This document shows, piece after piece, positions 60,104 through 64,000 of a DNA stretch of 64,000 bases. The translations under genes were made by a program, and so were the position numbers. The stretch's first letter is position 1, and each line of letters starts with the position of its first letter. Source of the DNA: an uncultured SAR86 cluster bacterium (GTDB lineage Bacteria > Pseudomonadota > Gammaproteobacteria > Magnimaribacterales > AG-339-G14); the NCBI GenBank assembly GCA_902604535.1, contig CACKZK010000006.1, positions 789-64,788 on the forward strand, read 5' to 3'. The notes below the pieces were generated by a model. That model was not told where the DNA came from, searched no databases, and saw nothing but the letters and a program-made list of their open reading frames with translations.

Positions 60104-61075
60104 ATGAAAACAAAAATTACTGAACTTTTTGATATAGAGCATCCAATTATTCAAGGTGGAATGCACTATGTTGGTTTTGCCGAATTGGCAGCTGCTGTAT
60201 CGAATGCTGGTGGCTTAGGAATAATCACTGGTCTTACTCAGGGTACTCCAGAAAAGCTAGCAAATGAAATAGCTAAATGTAAGGATATGACCGATAAACC
60301 TTTTGGTGTGAATTTAACTTTTCTACCTTCGTTAACACCGCCAGACTACCCAGGCCTTATTAAAGTTATTATTGAAGGTGGAGTTAAAATAGTAGAAACA
60401 GCTGGAAGGAGTCCAGCTGAATATATGCCTGCCTTAAAAGATGCTGGAATTAAAGTTATTCATAAGTGCACATCGGTAAGACATTCTTTGAAGGCACAAA
60501 GTGTTGGATGTGATGCTATTTCAGTTGATGGATTTGAATGTGGAGGACATCCAGGTGAGGATGATATTCCTAATTTCATTCTATTACCAAGAGCAGCTGA
60601 TGAGTTAGAAATTCCTTTTGTAGCATCTGGAGGAATGGCGGATGCTAGGAGCTTAGTTGCGGCAATGGCCTTAGGGGCAGAAGGCATGAATATGGGCACA
60701 AGATTCATAGCAACTGAAGATGCTCCTGTTCATGAAAACGTTAAAAAAGCTATCGTGAATGCAACTGAGTTAGATACAAGATTGATTATGAGATCTCTCA
60801 CAAACACCGAAAGGGTGCTAACAAATCCCGCAGTTGATAGATTGATGGAAAAAGAAAAAGCACTTGGAGAAAAGTTAACTTTCTCCGATATTGTTGATGA
60901 AGTTGCTGGAGTTTATCCCACAATCATGATGGATGGTGATATGGATGCAGGAGCTTGGTCTTGTGGTATGGTTGCAGGCCTTGTTTATGATATCCCTAGC
61001 GTAAAAGAACTCATAGATAGAATAATGAGTGAAGCTGAAGAAATAATTCAATCCAAACTTAAACAAGCTGTTTAA
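60104..61075 (+). CDS. Nitronate monooxygenase / NMO-family FMN oxidoreductase (second paralogue)
   Basis: HPIIQGGMHYV, ECGGHPG, VASGGMADARSLVAAMALGAEGMNMGTRF. Confidence 0.85.
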   Translation: MKTKITELFDIEHPIIQGGMHYVGFAELAAAVSNAGGLGIITGLTQGTPEKLANEIAKCKDMTDKPFGVNLTFLPSLTPPDYPGLIKVIIEGGVKIVETAGRSPAEYMPALKDAGIKVIHKCTSVRHSLKAQSVGCDAISVDGFECGGHPGEDDIPNFILLPRAADELEIPFVASGGMADARSLVAAMALGAEGMNMGTRFIATEDAPVHENVKKAIVNATELDTRLIMRSLTNTERVLTNPAVDRLMEKEKALGEKLTFSDIVDEVAGVYPTIMMDGDMDAGAWSCGMVAGLVYDIPSVKELIDRIMSEAEEIIQSKLKQAV

Positions 61076-61494
61076 TGAAGTTTGAAAATAAAGTAATGCC
61101 AAATGATGATCAGATGGCAGAATTTCTTGAGTCTGGAAATGACGAACCAATTTATATGGTTAATCTTCTCAAGTTCAAGGATAAGGCAGAATATCCAGAT
61201 AAGAGAGAGACAGACTTATCAGGCAAAGAGGCTTATGCAATATATACAAAAGAGGTACAACATCATCTAGCAAAAGTAGGAGGTAAAGGTATTTTTGGAG
61301 CTGAAGTTAAGAGATTGATGCTGGGAGAAGTAGATGAGCTTTGGGATTCTGTTGCTATAGCTAAATATCCAAATAGAAAAGCAATGTTAGATATGATTTC
61401 TGATCCAGATTATATAAAAAGCGCTCAACACAGAGTTGCTGGATTAAAAGGGCAGTTAAACATCGAAACAGTTCTTCCCTTAGAGAATGACTAA
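61075..61494 (+). CDS. DUF1330 domain-containing protein
   Basis: IYMVNLLKFK...WDSVAIAKYPNRKAMLDM..DP.Y pattern (dimeric alpha-beta-barrel family). Confidence 0.75.
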   Translation: MKFENKVMPNDDQMAEFLESGNDEPIYMVNLLKFKDKAEYPDKRETDLSGKEAYAIYTKEVQHHLAKVGGKGIFGAEVKRLMLGEVDELWDSVAIAKYPNRKAMLDMISDPDYIKSAQHRVAGLKGQLNIETVLPLEND

Positions 61495-62452
61495 ATTAAA
61501 TAAATCATACCTATTTGTCCCATTAGTAATTATTTTATTATCATGTGGTGGAGGAGGTGATGGAGGTATTGAACCACCGTCTGATGGAGGAAATCCAATA
61601 AGTAATTCAGGTTCTTCAACTTCTTCAGCCTGCACTGCTAACAATATAACTTCTCCAAATATCTCCTTTTCAAGATCTCTTGATCCACTAACTCAACCTA
61701 TATCAAGTAATCAATATCCTCCTTATGACAAAATTATTGATTATGAAGGAATAATTTTTGCTGGAATGGATGATGTTAGTAATGAATTTGTATACAAAGT
61801 TGCTCAAACATACAGAGAGCTTCTTGGTGGAGACGATGGAATGAAATCATCTTGGACCGCAGATCTTATTAATAAAATGGACGATAAAAGCGTCCTCCAG
61901 AGGATTATCTACGGCGAATACGATGATTATTCCGGGGATCGAGCTTTTGATGAAAGAAATTATCCAGGATTTGACAATACTCACGACAATAATCCTAACG
62001 TTGATGTAATAGGGGAGAGTAAACCTATTGATAAATCAGGCCAAGTTAATGAAGTCATAGAACATATTCTTCATACGATTACTGTCCTTGGATTTAATTA
62101 TATATTTCCAGAAAAGTATTCTTATACAAATGCATGTTCAGATGTTTATTTAGCAATGCAAGAAGCTATATCTGAAGGCTATTATGATATTTCTTCATAT
62201 GATGATATTAAAAATGATACTGAAATCTATGGAAGAATAATTGTTCAAGAATTTGCTTACTGGATGATTATTACTGGATGGGATATTAAGAAAGATCTTC
62301 TTCCAAATTCTGCACCTGAGTGGACAGTTAATAATGCATCAGAAATGCAATCTGTTTTACCCTTGTCTCATGCATTGTATGAAGAAACAGTAAAAGACAT
62401 ATTAAAAAATCCTACTTCAGAATTTTTGCTTAGTTTATTTCCAAGAACTTAA
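61487..62452 (+). CDS. Hypothetical lipoprotein with Gly/Ser-rich tether
   Basis: Lipobox LLSCGGGG followed by a low-complexity G/S/P linker and a ~250-aa acidic globular part. No family recognised. Confidence 0.55.
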   Translation: MTKLNKSYLFVPLVIILLSCGGGGDGGIEPPSDGGNPISNSGSSTSSACTANNITSPNISFSRSLDPLTQPISSNQYPPYDKIIDYEGIIFAGMDDVSNEFVYKVAQTYRELLGGDDGMKSSWTADLINKMDDKSVLQRIIYGEYDDYSGDRAFDERNYPGFDNTHDNNPNVDVIGESKPIDKSGQVNEVIEHILHTITVLGFNYIFPEKYSYTNACSDVYLAMQEAISEGYYDISSYDDIKNDTEIYGRIIVQEFAYWMIITGWDIKKDLLPNSAPEWTVNNASEMQSVLPLSHALYEETVKDILKNPTSEFLLSLFPRT

Positions 62453-62454
62453 AC

Positions 62455-62943
62455 TTGGAGATAATTAATTTAAAAATTAATCAAGACATAGAAATAGTTT
62501 CATCATTCTATGAAATCAATCAACAACAAGTCCCTAAAGTTGGATCTGTATCTTTACAAGAATTTATAAATTTAATAAAAATATCAGATATTTCCTATGG
62601 ATTTATAAAGAAGGGTATATGTTTGGGTTTTGTCATCTGTCTTAGAGAAAACACCAATTATCAATCAATCAATTATAAATTTTTTCAAAAAAGACATAAT
62701 AAATTTTTTTATATTGATCGTATTGCAATAACCAATGAACATCAGTCTTCAGGTATCGGAAGTACTCTCTATAACAAATTATTTTCAATTAAAGATAAAT
62801 TTAATATACCGATATGTGCAGAGGTAAATATTGATCCACCAAATGAGTCATCTATTAATTTTCATAGGAAACATGGATTTTCTGAAATCACTGAAAGCAC
62901 TATAAAAGAGGGGTATTCGGTTGTTTATATGGAGTTTAGTTGA
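62455..62943 (+). CDS. GNAT-family N-acetyltransferase
   Basis: TTG start. Acetyl-CoA motif A (IAITNEHQSSGIGSTLY) and a C-terminal FHRKHGF. Confidence 0.75.
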   Translation: MEIINLKINQDIEIVSSFYEINQQQVPKVGSVSLQEFINLIKISDISYGFIKKGICLGFVICLRENTNYQSINYKFFQKRHNKFFYIDRIAITNEHQSSGIGSTLYNKLFSIKDKFNIPICAEVNIDPPNESSINFHRKHGFSEITESTIKEGYSVVYMEFS

Positions 62944-62988
62944 TATATTTTACTTTACATAATATATATTATACGAATATATAGAAAT

Positions 62989-63990
62989 CTAATTAATAGC
63001 TACCTTTAAGGAATTGACCACTTCCCCTGTATGTGAAGATAATTCCATAACTACTTCGTCTTCAAATATACGCACAACGCCAAAGTTAGCTTTTCTGTAA
63101 GTTGAACCAATCCTCAGTGGACCTTCCTCCTCTGTATTGAATGGTATTGGTAGATTCAATGAACTAGATGTAAATTCATAGATATTTTTATTTTCAGCTG
63201 TCTTAAACTGATAAAAACCACCTCTGTGTCTATCTCCAGACAGTATGAAAAAATTGGATACATTAGATTCATCTATGAGATTAAAAAATCTTGATCTTTC
63301 CAAGGGAAACTTATCCCATGATTCCCAACCGTGCCCTAAACTCAAAATCTGTAAACTAGATAAGATAATTTTTATATTACTATCTACTTTCAATTTATCC
63401 TTTAGCCAACTCCACTGTTTATTACCTAACAATGTCTTTTCAGGATTGAAATCTTCTACATATCTCTCTTTTCCTTCTTTATTGAATTCATCAGTTAACT
63501 TCCATTCAGATTTAAACGTTCTGTTATCTAAAAATATTAAATGAATTTTCATACCATTTTTTTTGACCATTTTATCGAAATAGAGTCCATCTCTTTGTCT
63601 GCGCGGATCGTTCGCAGGAATTTGCCAAGTTTCTAAGAAAAGTTCTTTCGCTGTGTCTTTGTAACGATAATTTGAACCACCATCGTTTAATCCAAAATCA
63701 TGATCATCCCAGATAAACTCTGTACTTACATTTTTTAAAAAATCTTCTAAATTATTATATTGTTGTTTATAAGTTCTGATAAGTTTATCTAATTCTCCAT
63801 CTTCTTGATCTCCATATACGTTATCTCCAATGAACATAAATAGGTCTAATTCTTTCTTTTCTATGGCATTAAGAATAGCCATGCTTCGGTCTTGATGAAG
63901 ACAAGAGCCAAAACCTAAAGTAACTATTTCTTGGTTTGCATATAAATTAATTGAAATAAGAACAGAGAGAAGAAAATGAGTAATTTTCAT
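62989..63990 (-). CDS. PhoD-like alkaline phosphatase/metallophosphoesterase (secreted)
   Basis: Signal peptide. GDNVYGD, WDDHDFGLNDG and LSGDRHRG metallophosphatase motifs. Confidence 0.8.
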   Translation of the reverse strand: MKITHFLLSVLISINLYANQEIVTLGFGSCLHQDRSMAILNAIEKKELDLFMFIGDNVYGDQEDGELDKLIRTYKQQYNNLEDFLKNVSTEFIWDDHDFGLNDGGSNYRYKDTAKELFLETWQIPANDPRRQRDGLYFDKMVKKNGMKIHLIFLDNRTFKSEWKLTDEFNKEGKERYVEDFNPEKTLLGNKQWSWLKDKLKVDSNIKIILSSLQILSLGHGWESWDKFPLERSRFFNLIDESNVSNFFILSGDRHRGGFYQFKTAENKNIYEFTSSSLNLPIPFNTEEEGPLRIGSTYRKANFGVVRIFEDEVVMELSSHTGEVVNSLKVAIN

Positions 63991-64000
63991 TAAATGATCA

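Noticed and set aside
1138-63544. About 40 further track ORFs of 60-124 aa nested in or antisense to larger genes, for example 1712-2080(-), 23258-23623(-), 24662-24985(-), 28079-28420(+), 28570-28884(-), 28948-29310(-), 33392-33721(+), 41660-41971(-), 44295-44618(-), 60875-61150(-), 63245-63544(+)
   Set aside because: Each lies wholly within a longer ORF with clear family motifs on the other strand or frame. They have low-complexity or odd composition and no recognisable motifs. They are most frequent opposite the least AT-rich genes, where antisense stops are rarer.
1-64000. Search for CRISPR arrays, IS/transposon ends, integrases, phage genes, restriction-modification, toxin-antitoxin or other defence modules
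   Set aside because: I noticed no repeat-spacer periodicity, no long inverted or direct repeats, no recombinase/transposase-like ORFs and no compositional island. The lone GNAT (62455-62943) has no adjacent small antitoxin-like partner.

Overview
This is an AT-rich window (about one-third GC by eye) and it is extremely gene-dense. By my own tally only about 1.3 kb of the 64 kb is non-coding. Gene content and synteny point to the chromosome of a streamlined marine-type gammaproteobacterium; a SAR86-like lineage is only a guess. The evidence is nqrABCDEF-apbE-nqrM, gap next to nqr and mfd-csiV, lolC/E-lolD-msbA/lpxK-kdsB-murB, clpS-clpA/infA, and icd/mnmA/purB/aceA. I see about 67 protein genes, almost all housekeeping or catabolic. 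The catabolic set includes beta-oxidation and electron transfer (ETF, ETF-QO, two acyl-CoA dehydrogenases, a dienoyl-CoA-reductase-like SDR, an aldehyde dehydrogenase), the glyoxylate/TCA branch point, and a xenobiotic-type cluster with a DhlA-like haloalkane dehalogenase. There is one tRNA-Ser(UGA). I found no rRNA, CRISPR array, transposase, integrase, prophage or recognisable defence genes. Three real small genes fall below the ORF-track cutoff: a Trm112/YcaR-like gene, nqrM and a 35-aa TM peptide. The most unusual locus is the 319-nt spacer at 13775-14093, about a quarter of all non-coding DNA here. It holds a promoter-like element, a purine/GC-enriched RNA that can be drawn as a multi-helix junction, and a textbook intrinsic terminator ending 11 nt before the trpS start codon. 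I read it as a candidate undescribed attenuator, riboswitch or sRNA controlling tryptophanyl-tRNA synthetase. Other points worth a second look:
- an in-frame MsbA-LpxK fusion;
- a tRNA-Ser whose CCA end lies 7 nt from the start codon of a LOG-family gene;
- a 188-codon ORF with no ATG codon that overlaps the trpS stop in the +1 frame;
- a single LolC/E-type permease with LolD;
- a tandem acyl-CoA dehydrogenase pair in which the second copy seems to lack a catalytic Glu;
- near-zero spacing at 7 of 8 convergent gene junctions.
All family calls come from reading the translated ORFs and recognising motifs by eye. No database search was run.
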